DNA of 64,000 bases, from contig DAFJ01000024.1 of assembly GCA_002497905.1 (NCBI GenBank), forward strand, positions 260 to 64,259, in the 5' to 3' direction. Source of the DNA: Euryarchaeota archaeon UBA251. Its GTDB lineage: Archaea > Thermoplasmatota > Poseidoniia > Poseidoniales > Thalassarchaeaceae. Below, piece by piece: positions 10,204-21,900 of this stretch (position 1 is the stretch's first letter; every line of letters starts with the position of its first letter). The position numbers and the translations under genes were made by a program. The notes beneath the pieces are model-generated. The model did no database searches, had not been told where the DNA came from, and saw only the letters and a list, made by a program, of their open reading frames with translations.

Positions 10204-11838
10204 TCAAGCAAGGCCGCCATAGTCTGCTTCTGCTTCTTCAATCTCGATTTCATCCACGTCCATTTGCGCGAGTTGTAATTTACCACTCAATTCATCGTTT
10301 ACTGCGTGCCAGTAGGAGTAAGCCTCAATCACCCAAATCCCAGATTCACGTGTTCCATTACCTGACCCCTTAACGCCACCGAATGGGAGGTGCGCCTCCG
10401 CGCCCGTGGTGGAGTTGTTGATACCTGTCATTCCTGCCTTAATTCCAGTTTTGAAGCGATAGGCTTCGAGGCGATCGTTGGTATAGATTGCCGATGATAG
10501 GCCGTAGGGCGAAGCATTCGCAAGGTGAAGGGCGTGGTCGAAGTCTTTCGCTTTCACGATTGTGACAACGGGCCCGAATATCTCCTCATGGAAGCATTCC
10601 ATATCTTCTGTGACATCAACATAGACATGAGGCCACATGTAGACTCCCTCGTTGGCAGATCCAAGGAAATTTTCTGGAGCGCTAGCTTCGGTAATCCGCC
10701 CTTCTCCATGAATGCGCTTTGCACCGGACGCATCGCACATATCGAGACCCTTTAGGAAGTCCTTGGCGTATTTTTCGGATAACATGGATCCATACAACAC
10801 ATCCTCATGACGCATTGAGTCACCGATTTTTGTTGTTCGAACCTTGTTCATGTACATCTCAAGGAATTTGTCGTAGATACTCTCGTGGACAATCAGGTTA
10901 CCAAGGCTTGTGCAACGTTGCCCCGCTGTTCCAAATCCTGCCCAGTAGGCGCCAGTAACTGCGTTTTCGAGATTTGCAGAAGGCATGATGACAAGTGGAT
11001 TCTTTCCGCCAAGTTCCAAAGAGCAGGAAACGAGGTTTCGTCCACAAATTTCTCCAATCATCTTGCCAACACCTGTCGACCCGGTGAACGAGATTTTGTT
11101 GACAAGCCCATCATCCACAGCATCCACTAGGTGTTGTCCAGCACCGCTACCTTTCCCGTGCACGAGATTGATTACACCATCAGGGATTCCAGATTCGTGC
11201 ATAATTCGTGCAAGTGCGAATGAAAGAAGAGGCGCATCTTGAGGCGATTTCCAGACACAAGTATTTCCACACATGATGGCTGGAATCATTTTCCAGAAAG
11301 GAACTGCTGAAGGGAAGTTACAAGCATTAATGATACCACACACGCCCAGTGGTCGGCGATAGGTGAAGAGTTCCTTATCAGGGAGTTCACTGTTGACTGT
11401 CTGGCCGTATAGGCGTCGTCCCTCGGACTGGAAAAATAGGCAAGTATCAATCGCTTCCTGAACCTCTCCAGCACTCTCCTTCAGGGTCTTTCCAATCTCA
11501 CGACTCTGGAGGCGAACAATCTCATCTTTGTGTTCCATTAGGAGGCGACCCATATTGCCGATTATTTGGCCACGGGTGGGCGCAGGTGTTGCTGCCCATG
11601 ATGGGAATGCAGTGCGAGCTGCAGCCAAGGCATCCCTCACATCTTCCTTAGTAGATAGCGGAAATTCTCCTAATTCATCCTCAAGCCAAGCCGGGTTTGT
11701 GGAAACGAAGGTACTTCCGTCCGATGCTAACTTCAGTTGCCCTCCAATGATGTTGTATCCTCGGATTTTTGGAGATCCGTTCGGATTCTTTGAAGACGTT
11801 TCCATGGATTCAAAGCCAGTTTCAAGGATGTGTACCAT
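10204..11838 (-). CDS. Aldehyde dehydrogenase family protein
   Basis: FTGSTGVG, LELGGKNP, TAGQRCTS, EEIFGPV, PFGGVKGSGNG. Confidence 0.93.
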   Translation of the reverse strand: MVHILETGFESMETSSKNPNGSPKIRGYNIIGGQLKLASDGSTFVSTNPAWLEDELGEFPLSTKEDVRDALAAARTAFPSWAATPAPTRGQIIGNMGRLLMEHKDEIVRLQSREIGKTLKESAGEVQEAIDTCLFFQSEGRRLYGQTVNSELPDKELFTYRRPLGVCGIINACNFPSAVPFWKMIPAIMCGNTCVWKSPQDAPLLSFALARIMHESGIPDGVINLVHGKGSGAGQHLVDAVDDGLVNKISFTGSTGVGKMIGEICGRNLVSCSLELGGKNPLVIMPSANLENAVTGAYWAGFGTAGQRCTSLGNLIVHESIYDKFLEMYMNKVRTTKIGDSMRHEDVLYGSMLSEKYAKDFLKGLDMCDASGAKRIHGEGRITEASAPENFLGSANEGVYMWPHVYVDVTEDMECFHEEIFGPVVTIVKAKDFDHALHLANASPYGLSSAIYTNDRLEAYRFKTGIKAGMTGINNSTTGAEAHLPFGGVKGSGNGTRESGIWVIEAYSYWHAVNDELSGKLQLAQMDVDEIEIEEAEADYGGLA

Positions 11839-11958
11839 GAGGGGCCATCGAACCTCGTCTCATCAATGTGACGAACGGCTCTTGACGACGTAGAGTGTAG
11901 GTTTCGGTTTGGGTTTAATAGCCCCCAATGAACAGTTCCTATCACCCGAGGTGCAAGG

Positions 11959-14181
11959 ATGGCAGGAGCAGATGAATCAGTGACTCTCCGTGTTGCGAAA
12001 GCAATTCCCAGTGATGTTGGACATGGCCGAGCTCGTGTCCCATTCAACAATGATCTTGATCTGAAGCCAGGTGATATCATCGAGATATCTGGCGAGAACA
12101 AGACGGCTGCAGTTGTATGGCGATGTCGGCCAGAGGATGCTAATCTTGGTGTCATCCGAATAGATGGCATCATCCGAAAGAACGCAGGGGTTAGCCTTGG
12201 CGACCGTGTCGATATCAGTAAGGTCGAGGTCAAGAAGTGTGAACGCCTCGTTCTTTCTCCAGTTATGGCTAAGCAGCAGAAGGTCCGCTTTGGACCAGGT
12301 ATCGAAGGATTTGCTCGCCGAGGTTTGAACAAGAGACCAGTTGTAGCCGGGGATCGGATTTTCATCCCTGGTATGACTCTATTTGCTGAGGCCCTCCCCT
12401 TCGCAATCGTAAGCACTCGACCCAAGGGTATCGTACAAGTCGCGCCAGAGACGGAGATTGTAATCAAAGAGGAGATACTAGACGAGGAAGAGGATGCTGC
12501 TGGTCATCAAATCGCGTACGAAGATATCGGCGGCTTGGGCAATCAACTCCAGAAAGTCCGAGAGATGATTGAACTCCCACTCAAGCATCCGATTCTGTTT
12601 CGCAGGCTGGGTATAGATCCACCCAAAGGTGTGCTCCTTCATGGTCCGCCTGGAACAGGAAAGACGATGATTGCCAAGGCGGTTGCTTCTGAGACACAAG
12701 CCCATTTCACTTCGATTAACGGTCCAGAGATTATCTCGAAGTATTATGGTGAATCGGAGAAGCAACTCAGAGAGATTTTCGATGAAGCTACTCAAAATGC
12801 TCCTGCGATTATTTTCATTGATGAATTGGATAGTATTGCCCCTAAGCGAGAAGACGTCACAGGGGAGGTAGAGCGTCGTGTTGTCGCGCAACTACTGACA
12901 TTGATGGATGGTATGCATGGACGTGACAATGTCATCGTAATCGGGGCAACGAATCGTCGTGATGCGATTGATCAGGCCCTACGGCGCCCCGGTCGATTCG
13001 ATCGTGAACTTGAAATTGGCGTGCCAGACAAGGAAGGTCGACGCGAGATAGTTGACATCCACACGCGTGGTATGCCAATTAGTGACGATTTTGAGATAGA
13101 ATGGGTCCTCGAGAATACTTACGGTTTCGTTGGCGCAGACATCAATGCCCTCGTTCGAGAGGCCGCCATGAAGGCTCTTCGGCGCTATCTTCCGGAAATC
13201 GACCTAGATGAGGAAGAGATTGCACCCGAGGTTCTTGAGAAGATGGAGGTTCAGATGAACGATTTCAAGGAGGCGATAAAGGATATCGAACCCAGTGCAC
13301 TGAGAGAGATTTATGTCGAGATTCCAGAGGTATCATGGGACCAGGTAGGCGGTCTTCATGAGATTAAAGATCGGCTTAAGGAGAGTATTGAATGGCCATT
13401 GACTCAGCCAGAGTTGTTCGAGCATTTTGGTGTGAAACCTCCTAGAGGTGTAATCCTCTTTGGTGCACCCGGTACTGGGAAGACCCTCCTTGCAAAGGCA
13501 ATTGCGAATGAAGCGAAGGCGAATTTCATCTCTATCAAGGGTCCAGAGATGATTTCGAAATGGGTGGGGGAATCCGAACGAGGTATTCGTGAGGTGTTCA
13601 AGAAGGCTAAGCAAGCCTCACCTAGCATCATTTTCCTCGATGAATTCGAATCAATCGCAGGTGCTCGTGTTGAGAATAGGGGCGAAGGTAGCGACGTGAT
13701 GAATCGTGTCGTCAACCAACTCTTAGCTTCAATGGACGGTGTCGAAGCCCTAGATGGAGTCATTGTCATTGCAGCAACAAACCGTCCTGAAATGATTGAC
13801 CCAGCACTTCTCCGGTCGGGTCGTTTCGAACGGGTCCTGCACGTCCCTCCGCCAGATGAGGAATCTATCCGTGAGATTTTGAAGATCCATACTGATGGTA
13901 TGCCAATTGGAAAGTTCTCTCTGGATGATATGGCGAAGCCGTTGGCTGGATATACCGGAGCAGATATCGAGGCAATTTGTCGTGAAGCCGCTCTTATCGC
14001 CATGAGGGCAAAGAGGAAGACAATTACTCGTAAGCACTTTGAGGAGGCTATCGATAGAGTTCGTCCTACTGTGACACCTCAGATGATGGAGTATTACGAA
14101 AAGCTTCAATCGATGCTTACCAGTGGACTTGATTCTATTCGACGTAATAATGACGGTCTTCGTGGGATTGAATCGGTGTGA
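11959..14181 (+). CDS. cdc48: CDC48/VCP (VAT) AAA+ ATPase
   Basis: N-domain plus two AAA modules ([32 protein letters not shown]). Confidence 0.96.
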   Translation: MAGADESVTLRVAKAIPSDVGHGRARVPFNNDLDLKPGDIIEISGENKTAAVVWRCRPEDANLGVIRIDGIIRKNAGVSLGDRVDISKVEVKKCERLVLSPVMAKQQKVRFGPGIEGFARRGLNKRPVVAGDRIFIPGMTLFAEALPFAIVSTRPKGIVQVAPETEIVIKEEILDEEEDAAGHQIAYEDIGGLGNQLQKVREMIELPLKHPILFRRLGIDPPKGVLLHGPPGTGKTMIAKAVASETQAHFTSINGPEIISKYYGESEKQLREIFDEATQNAPAIIFIDELDSIAPKREDVTGEVERRVVAQLLTLMDGMHGRDNVIVIGATNRRDAIDQALRRPGRFDRELEIGVPDKEGRREIVDIHTRGMPISDDFEIEWVLENTYGFVGADINALVREAAMKALRRYLPEIDLDEEEIAPEVLEKMEVQMNDFKEAIKDIEPSALREIYVEIPEVSWDQVGGLHEIKDRLKESIEWPLTQPELFEHFGVKPPRGVILFGAPGTGKTLLAKAIANEAKANFISIKGPEMISKWVGESERGIREVFKKAKQASPSIIFLDEFESIAGARVENRGEGSDVMNRVVNQLLASMDGVEALDGVIVIAATNRPEMIDPALLRSGRFERVLHVPPPDEESIREILKIHTDGMPIGKFSLDDMAKPLAGYTGADIEAICREAALIAMRAKRKTITRKHFEEAIDRVRPTVTPQMMEYYEKLQSMLTSGLDSIRRNNDGLRGIESV

Positions 14182-14190
14182 GGTGATTCG

Positions 14191-14433
14191 ATGCCTGCAA
14201 CCTTCACGCGGGAACTTCTCGCGAGGGAGGTTCGGGACAGGAGTGGAGATGTTCTCGGCCATGTCGCCGATCTTATTGTTGACTCACGCACCGGCTCTGT
14301 AACCTATATTTTGGTTAAGATTGCGCAGGAATTAGATCCTGCCCAACTACCATGGCCTTCCGAGGGGGGAATGATTCCTCTCCCCATAGACGAGGTCCGA
14401 GAAATCGGCGCAATCGTTCAACTGCATCGTTAA
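14191..14433 (+). CDS. PRC-barrel domain protein
   Basis: EVRDRSGDVLGHVADLIVDSRTGSVTYILV...IPLPIDEVREIG; GAGGTGA SD. Confidence 0.8.
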   Translation: MPATFTRELLAREVRDRSGDVLGHVADLIVDSRTGSVTYILVKIAQELDPAQLPWPSEGGMIPLPIDEVREIGAIVQLHR

Positions 14434-14503
14434 TCTGTATGCGCGGGACCGCACAACCGTCTTAAGGCTCGCATGAACGTCTGAATCTTGCTCCACTTGT
14501 TGG

Positions 14504-16159
14504 ATGGTGATTGGATTGGCTACATTGAGCGCTGCTGCTGCGACAGATTGGTTGCGTTCAGCGAACGGACGTCGTTCGATTGCGATAGTCCTGTTTTATC
14601 TCACGCTTGGAACCCTTCTAATGACGGTGGCGGGCACTTACATCGAAAGATCAGAAGTACACCAGAGTGCTTACGGAACGGATTGGAATGATATGAGTTC
14701 CTTCCGTGAAGATATCAAGGCACAGAACCTCACAACCACTAGCATAGTCAGTAGCCCTCTTCTTCTAGAGGAGATTCAATCGCCTAGCGATACGGTGTTT
14801 GTAATCTCAGGCGTGGAACGCGATACAATCTCGTTACCAAGTTTCAGTGGGGATTCATCTGTGATTAATTTGGTTGAAGGACTCGGTTATTCAAACTCTG
14901 AGATTGAAGCCATTAGGACCTTTGTTGAACGTGGTGGGACTCTAATCATGCTAGATGATTTTGGATATTCACAAGGCCTAGCTGAAGATTTTGGTCTTGG
15001 GTTTAGCGGTCACCAATTGTATGATACACAGACATGGGATCCTAGTTTAGACTACAATTTCGTATGGTCGAATATTACGAACGGATTCAATTACACCAGC
15101 ACTTCGGGTCCAAAGACGGAAACAAATCCTTGTACTGCGGATGGAGATATTGACGGAGTCCCCGATTTCCTCGATGTTGAATCTAGTAATCCTAGTGTTG
15201 GATTCGAACGTCTGCCTACCTCGACGGATCTTGGCCTCTGTGCGCACCGATGGGATTCTGTAACTCAGCAATATGATACAGACCCTGGTTACGATCTTCT
15301 TCTCAACCAACCCAGCGCATTCGATAAGGACCTCTCAGGAGACGAGGATCAGAATCTCTATGCGATCGGCTACTCCTCTCAAGATGCATATCTTGACACC
15401 AATGATGATGGTCAGCTAACTGTTGGATTCAGTGGTTCAGAAGTTGGTGCCGATGAGCAGGGTCCATTCGCTACATACATCAAATACTGCAGGTCAAGGA
15501 ACTGTGACAATGCTGATGCTGGTCGTGCATTCTTCGTGACAGATGGCAGCCTTCTAATCAATGCGCTTTACGATACTGTGGGCTTAGCGGAGGGTGCTTA
15601 TGGGGACCTGAACAAGACGGTGCCTGATAATGACAATCGGCGATGGGTTTTGGATGCACTTGCTGAAGCACTCATGTCAGAGGATGGTGAGATATCTGCA
15701 GAAGCACAAGTGATTTTTGATGAAAGTCGCCATCAGCAACCAAGTTTCATGGGGGATACCTACAATCTTCTCTACTATATTCTGATTTACTTTACTAACG
15801 ATTGGATGGCGATGCTGTTTATGTTCCTTGGACTATTCGTTATGTTTGAGTTCATTATCATCAAGAAGATGGATCCAGAGCCGTGGAGGCACGTCTTCAG
15901 CATCATCTACTATGGATATGGAGATGCAGCGAGATATGAGTACTACGCGAATCCAAAGAAGATCAAGCAAATCCTACTAACCAGAGTGAGAAACGTCAAT
16001 TCATTGAGTCGTGAGGAATTCGATGCCTTGCCTGCACGTGAGTTACAGAAGATGGTGGATGATCCTGTGCTCGTTAAATTCATCTTCGAAGATCGCCGAT
16101 ATTCGATGGAGGAAGTCATCGCGGTGATTAAGCGAATCAAGACATGGGGGCGGCGCTGA
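14504..16159 (+). CDS. Membrane-anchored DUF4350/GldG-like extracellular protein
   Basis: N-terminal TM, SEIEAIRTFVERGGTLIMLDDFG, TDGSLLIN, VIFDESRH, C-terminal TM; Ca-binding-like DGDIDGVPDFLD. Confidence 0.65.
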   Translation: MVIGLATLSAAAATDWLRSANGRRSIAIVLFYLTLGTLLMTVAGTYIERSEVHQSAYGTDWNDMSSFREDIKAQNLTTTSIVSSPLLLEEIQSPSDTVFVISGVERDTISLPSFSGDSSVINLVEGLGYSNSEIEAIRTFVERGGTLIMLDDFGYSQGLAEDFGLGFSGHQLYDTQTWDPSLDYNFVWSNITNGFNYTSTSGPKTETNPCTADGDIDGVPDFLDVESSNPSVGFERLPTSTDLGLCAHRWDSVTQQYDTDPGYDLLLNQPSAFDKDLSGDEDQNLYAIGYSSQDAYLDTNDDGQLTVGFSGSEVGADEQGPFATYIKYCRSRNCDNADAGRAFFVTDGSLLINALYDTVGLAEGAYGDLNKTVPDNDNRRWVLDALAEALMSEDGEISAEAQVIFDESRHQQPSFMGDTYNLLYYILIYFTNDWMAMLFMFLGLFVMFEFIIIKKMDPEPWRHVFSIIYYGYGDAARYEYYANPKKIKQILLTRVRNVNSLSREEFDALPARELQKMVDDPVLVKFIFEDRRYSMEEVIAVIKRIKTWGRR

Positions 16160-16161
16160 AT

Positions 16162-17415
16162 ATGTGGACTCGAAAGGCTTCGATTCTTGGTGCATCTGGA
16201 GTATCATTAGTTCTCATTGGAATGATGATGTCTAACTTCCAAATGATGGTTTTTGGTGTTGCTTTTGTTTCTTTTATCGCTGTAGCCTCATGGATTACAG
16301 GTCATGGTGACATCGAGGTTGTTCGTACTCTCAGTGCCGATAATCTGTACAAGGGTGACGACCTATACGTTGATCTTGAGATTACCAATTCTTCTTGGCG
16401 TAGGACTCAACAACTCGAAATCTACGATAATATCCCACATGAAATGAAACTGCGAAGTGGACTCAATTACATGCGTGTCAATCTTGGACCTGGTGAAACT
16501 ACTCGTATTCGTTACGTACTTCGTTGCCCTCTACGGGGGCACTACTCCCTTGGCCCAATTTCGATTCGCTACCGCGATTCGTTCAATCTATTTGCACAGG
16601 AAATGTATGTTGACCACCGTTCGGATCTTATTGTCTTCCCACAGGTGCGTGAAATTGAGGAGGCGATGGTTCGTAGTCGCACTCCTAAGATGTATACCGG
16701 TGCAACGACTCTCAGGACACCTGGTCCGGGAACTGAGTTCTTCAGCCTACGTGAGTATGTCCCGGGTGATCCGTTTAAGATTATCAATTGGAAGGCATTT
16801 GCCCGAACGGGCACATTGATTGTCAATGAGAAGTGTAGGGACGCAGTAACAGACGTATTCATTTTACTCGACAGCCGTGATATCAGCCGTATTGGTACAG
16901 TGCTCAAGAATCCACTTGAGGTGGGCACAGTCGCAGCAGCATCTCTTGCATCGTATTTCATCAAACGTCGTGATAGCGTGGCTCTTGCAGTATACGATGA
17001 TCGCCTTTCATTCCTACCACCAGACACTGGTGATAAGCAGTATTTCAAGATCCTGAGTAGCCTTGCTGGAGTTGCTCCAAAGGGTGCGATGCCCCTGCAA
17101 GCTGTGACAAACGCGCTTTCATCTCGATTCAGTCGAGGCTCCCCAGTCTTCATCATTAGTGCGGCTGAGGGTGATGGGACAACAATTCCTGCGGTGCGAG
17201 ACCTTGCTGGACGTGGCCACGAGGTCATTATCCTCAGTCCGAGCAGTGTTGATTTTGAACGGCTCGTTAGTCGAATTCCTCGAACATCCTATGAGGTTCT
17301 CAAGCTTGAGCGTCAGAATCGTTTGACTGCTCTTGCTGGATTCGGAGCACGTGTGATTGATTGGATGCCGGACGTGGAGCTGTCCCAAGCTCTGTTACAG
17401 GTCAAGATGGGGTGA
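16162..17415 (+). CDS. DUF58 (vWA-like) membrane protein
   Basis: RGHYSLGP, GPGTEFFSLREYVPGDPFKIINWKAFAR, ILLDSR. Confidence 0.9.
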   Translation: MWTRKASILGASGVSLVLIGMMMSNFQMMVFGVAFVSFIAVASWITGHGDIEVVRTLSADNLYKGDDLYVDLEITNSSWRRTQQLEIYDNIPHEMKLRSGLNYMRVNLGPGETTRIRYVLRCPLRGHYSLGPISIRYRDSFNLFAQEMYVDHRSDLIVFPQVREIEEAMVRSRTPKMYTGATTLRTPGPGTEFFSLREYVPGDPFKIINWKAFARTGTLIVNEKCRDAVTDVFILLDSRDISRIGTVLKNPLEVGTVAAASLASYFIKRRDSVALAVYDDRLSFLPPDTGDKQYFKILSSLAGVAPKGAMPLQAVTNALSSRFSRGSPVFIISAAEGDGTTIPAVRDLAGRGHEVIILSPSSVDFERLVSRIPRTSYEVLKLERQNRLTALAGFGARVIDWMPDVELSQALLQVKMG

Positions 17416-17419
17416 TAGA

Positions 17420-18661
17420 ATGGCAGACGAAGTGAACTTACAGAGCGAAGGGCAGACCAGTCTGCATTTGCGTTCTCTTCGCCGGAAGTGGCAGGTACTC
17501 GCCCTCCAGATTACTGCAACGATTTCTCTCGTTTGGATGTACATAATGATGACACGTACCTATGGGTCATGTGATCCAATTGATGCAACTTGGTGTCCAG
17601 CTGTGGATCACACGATTACTCTCGGCGCCTTAGATCAATATCTTGTTTCGATTAACAAGTCATTGCCTATTCCTGATTGGATGATTGGTATGGGTAACGA
17701 GGGGGACGGCCGATATTGGATGCCACTCTTGATTATCGGGGCAATTGTTGCCGGATGGACCTTCCTCGGCTATCAGTCGATGAAGATTCGGCGCCGTGTT
17801 AATCTGGGTATTCTATCGGTTGCATTACTGTATCTTGCAGGTCTTTTCCTCATTACATGGCTCTTCGGAATGATTGGCTCATTTACCCTATACTTGCCCT
17901 TTGGCCAAGACGAAATGAATCGGAATCATGTGGAGTATCTCATCGGGCCGTTACTGCTCTACATTGAACTCTTCATTCTACTGATTTACTTCCTTCCTGT
18001 ATTCACTGGATTGATGGGTGTATGGCGTTTGTCTAAGCAGCAGATTACATGGTCGGTAGGTTCCACTATCGTCTATCTAGGAATTCATTCATTGCTTTCC
18101 TATGAGGGCGTTCGATCTTCTGTTGAGGTCAATCTTCAGGCTCTTCCAGTACAGATTGGTGAGGCTACTCAATGGGGAGGCCTAATTGCGCCAGAAATTG
18201 TCCCGTTGTTGACGATTGGTCTACTGATGATGATCTTCTTGGAATCAGGTTCTGCAACAATAAGATACATGCAGTATGCGTTCAAACTCCCCGAATCTTG
18301 CAAGAAAGATCCAGAATACGTCCGGCAATTCGACAATATTCTGAATTCCCATCTCAAGCATACAGCTGGCATGACTTTCTTTGTGGGTCTTGTTACTGCC
18401 CTTGCCCTGAAGTTTGATGACTTGATTGTTGACCTCATGTCTGTCTTCGAAGGGACGCAGTGGAGTGGCCAAGTTGAGGAGTCACTCGAGCTTCAACTTA
18501 CCTATGGGACTGTAATTTCAGCACTAATTTTCGTAATCTTTGTTGCAGGAATGCGTTACATCATTCCATGGGCTCGTATTAGCGGCCTAATTGAGAAGGG
18601 ATTGAATCAGGTCAATGGAACTGTAAGGGCTACAAACAGTTCAACGATCGAAGAACCGTGA
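17420..18661 (+). CDS. Hypothetical polytopic membrane protein
   Basis: About 8 hydrophobic helices; start moved to ATG 17420 after the DUF58 stop. Confidence 0.7.
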   Translation: MADEVNLQSEGQTSLHLRSLRRKWQVLALQITATISLVWMYIMMTRTYGSCDPIDATWCPAVDHTITLGALDQYLVSINKSLPIPDWMIGMGNEGDGRYWMPLLIIGAIVAGWTFLGYQSMKIRRRVNLGILSVALLYLAGLFLITWLFGMIGSFTLYLPFGQDEMNRNHVEYLIGPLLLYIELFILLIYFLPVFTGLMGVWRLSKQQITWSVGSTIVYLGIHSLLSYEGVRSSVEVNLQALPVQIGEATQWGGLIAPEIVPLLTIGLLMMIFLESGSATIRYMQYAFKLPESCKKDPEYVRQFDNILNSHLKHTAGMTFFVGLVTALALKFDDLIVDLMSVFEGTQWSGQVEESLELQLTYGTVISALIFVIFVAGMRYIIPWARISGLIEKGLNQVNGTVRATNSSTIEEP

Positions 18662-18895
18662 AAGGATTTCTGAGATCATTAGTCCGATAAGCACTCCTGG
18701 GAAGCAGGCAAGTCCTACTACCAACTCGGGACCCATGGGGCCAATACCGCCTTCTGTCCAACCATACCATCCTACTGTTGCTGCAATGATTAGGCCAAGA
18801 AGAAGTGAGAGGATATCGAAGGGTCGGCGATACCTTACTGGAGCGATATCCTCCTCTCGTGCAAGGAGAGTTGGGAGTTGATCTATGTCCGACAT
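18641..18895 (-). CDS. Small two-TM hypothetical protein
   Basis: Two hydrophobic segments; follows the 1059-aa gene on the same strand. Confidence 0.6.
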   Translation of the reverse strand: MSDIDQLPTLLAREEDIAPVRYRRPFDILSLLLGLIIAATVGWYGWTEGGIGPMGPELVVGLACFPGVLIGLMISEILSRFFDR

Positions 18896-18906
18896 AGGAC
18901 TCCCTC

Positions 18907-21900
18907 TCAGATGTCGAGATCCGCTAAATCGTCCTCAAGCGACGACAAGGCATCACGTTGGTTTGGGTCTGCTGGCATGGGAACACCGTTCCGGATAGAT
19001 TGTCGGTGCTCGGACATAGAATCGACTTCACGGAGTTGCCGTTCGGTCTCATGGAGGTCTTGAACTTCCTTTGATCCAAGGATTGCTGAGGTTGGAACAA
19101 GGCCTAGATCAGATCGGTTTGAGATACTGACGCCATGTGTCTCTGAAGGTTCAGGTAGGGGTTCCCAAGTAGAGCGAACTTCACCATCATTTCTTTCCAC
19201 CTTGCTGTTTTCTTCTTTCCGTTCTGGATCCATTTCTTGAAGTGCCCGGTCATCAATCTCAGGGCGTTGCACCCCAACTAGTCGCCCAGTCTCGAAAGGT
19301 AACATACCGGATCTTTGGAAGCGCCAGATTGGCCCATGGAATCCCCCTTCCTCACTTGAGAGTGCTTCGAGACGCTTCGCCATCCTCTCCAGTGCTTCAA
19401 TAGTCGAGGCAAGATCCACGGATTGTCCTGCGTCTCTCTGGTCTGCATCGATGTAGATATCGTCGAGGGCTGATTGGATAAGTGCTTGAGTTTCAGCAGC
19501 TATGCGCGGCAGTGTCTCAGGGCGTGTAAGCATTCGCTCAATCGCTTCAATTCGGCTTCCAGGCATACCAAGATCATTGAGGCTACGGAGAACGTCACGC
19601 ATTTGTCCAATGGTGGTGGCTGCTTCTTCGTAACCACGAATTATGTCTTCCAAATCTAGTACTACATCGTTGACAATTTGCCCGAGCATGTGGTGCAGGC
19701 GTTGTTGAACCGACCAGCGTGTCAGGCCACGGACAGCAGAAGCAGTCTCTGGAGCCTGTTGTTCAAGAAGATCCATCACTTCAGTCGAAAGAAGGTGACG
19801 TGGTGTTGCTGCAACTTCATCAACAGTGTGTTGGATAACCGCTAGTCCTCTCTCGACAGCGCGATCGAGGAGAACCATAGATAGGCCACGATTACGAGCA
19901 CTTTCCATCCGTTCAAGCACTGGTTCGAGTGCACGCAGTCCCTCGTCGTCAAGGAGGGCTCGTGCGAGCGGCTCTTCTTGGAGGCGTGCGCGGATACGGT
20001 CAGCTTCAGCAATGTCAACTAGTGCCTGTTCATGAGCATCAGTGAGTTCTTCTGCATCAGCAATCATCTCTCTGAGTTCCGCTTCTGCCTGCGCCTTCCG
20101 TGCATCGAGATCACCTAGTTCCCGCATCAGAGTCCGTCGTTCTGACATGAGTTCTTTCAATTCGGTCTGAAGGAGGGATTGCCTTCTCTCAAGGTCATTC
20201 GTGCGACCTCGATCTTCGTCGATTTGTCTCCTTAGAGTGTGGAGATCCCCTTCAAGTGCTGCAACTTCCGCTCGATGATTTCTCATACGTACTTCGGCTT
20301 CCTTTGTTTCTGCTTCAGCGAGACGGTGCCGGTCGCGTAGAGATGCGACCTGTTCGGAGAGAACACGTTGGACACGCTCATCTTCGTTGAGTGCAGTGCG
20401 GACTTCGTCGAGTCGAGATTCGGCATCATTGAGGGTAGCACGCGTCTCTACCTCCTTCTTCATAATCTCCTCAAGCTCAGTACTCAGTTCCTCGCGCTTC
20501 TTGCTCTCACCTATAGCCGATGCAATCTCACTGGCCTTGCGCTCGACGAGGTGTTCGAGTTCTGCGACACGCTTCGCAAGAGAATCAGCTCTTGTTCGAT
20601 CAGCCTCGCTAGATTCACCTGCACGTTGGACAATGAGTCGCGCTTGGTCCAATTCATCGTTTAGGCTTCGAGCCCGGTTAGTGGCCTCATCGAGGAGTGC
20701 TGTCTTCTGGGCGAGGGTTTCATCGGATTGAGTGCGTTGAGTCTGTTCCTCTTCGAGCATCCGTTCCAAACGACCACGGTCCCGCTCTAATCCAATTTTG
20801 TCATCTTCTAATCGTCTGATTCGGTCGAGGACTTGGCGATCTTCAGGCTGTAGTACTTTGCCCGCTGCAGAAGATGGTAGAATCTTCGCGGTAGCACGTC
20901 CACCCGTGTCTAATAATCTCCATTGGATCTTTGAAGAGGCTACAGCGTCCATCCCCATCTCGAATCGGTATAGTCGATCCAAACGGTCAGTAAGGAGGTC
21001 GCGCCTACTCTCTGAACGTGTGCGGACAGTGGCTATCGAATGACACATCGCTTCGAGAGTGAATCCTTCGATATTCCCTCGGCCAAGTGTGAGCCTTGCA
21101 GAGCGTTCCAAGCGATGGAGTTGAAGATCAGCACTTGGCGATGAGATATTACGAATTGAGGCAGCTAATTCCTCGACTGTTGAATAGATACCTGAGGGCA
21201 GCCCATCTATGAGAAGGATGGATACGGGTTCTCCCTTGCCTTCCGATTTCAAATGTCCCGTAATTTCCTCGGTCTTTGCCGTGGATAACATTGAGATTAA
21301 TGCGTCGACACCTCCTTTTCCTTCTCGAACAATGAATCCGTCTGATGGCGCCACAATCTCTGCATCAGCATCGTTTTCCGCAGGTTCAATCATGCCTGCA
21401 GCATTCATCAGGAGTGTCATAGGGTCGGCCCCGCCGGTCGTCCAGAGTGCTAATCCTGCTGTGCCATCTCTTGCGACAGTCATTTCATGCTCATCGAAGG
21501 CTTGTCGATACCAGGGTGCAGGGGATGCTCCCATGAGTTGAGTCAAGGCATCCATGCCTCTCATTTGGGCATCAAGATCTGCAGAAAGTGCATCCGGGTC
21601 AGCCGGCGTTTCACCTGAGGAATGGATGAGAACCCCATCCTCGAATGCTAGAGCCGCGATAACTCCAGTTTCCGATTCAAGCACGTCGACGACGAGGGGC
21701 CAATCATGCGTGGCTGCAGGTAGACGCCGTCCGGCTAGACCTAATGTTCCCATCAATGCCGGATCAGCAAGACATTCGGGAATGCCATCGATGAGGCTCC
21801 GCACTTCCTCTAACAATAGGGTGTATGCCTTGTGTCTCAATTCGTGAGCATCCTCTAACTCTACCAATCGTGCTTTTGCCGCATGTCCTCCGAGGTAGTG

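Noticed and set aside
11733..14262. Long antisense ORFs over cdc48 (and similar ones over DUF58, the hydroxyacyl-CoA dehydrogenase and ALDH genes)
   Set aside because: Shadow frames of conserved genes with no recognisable motifs
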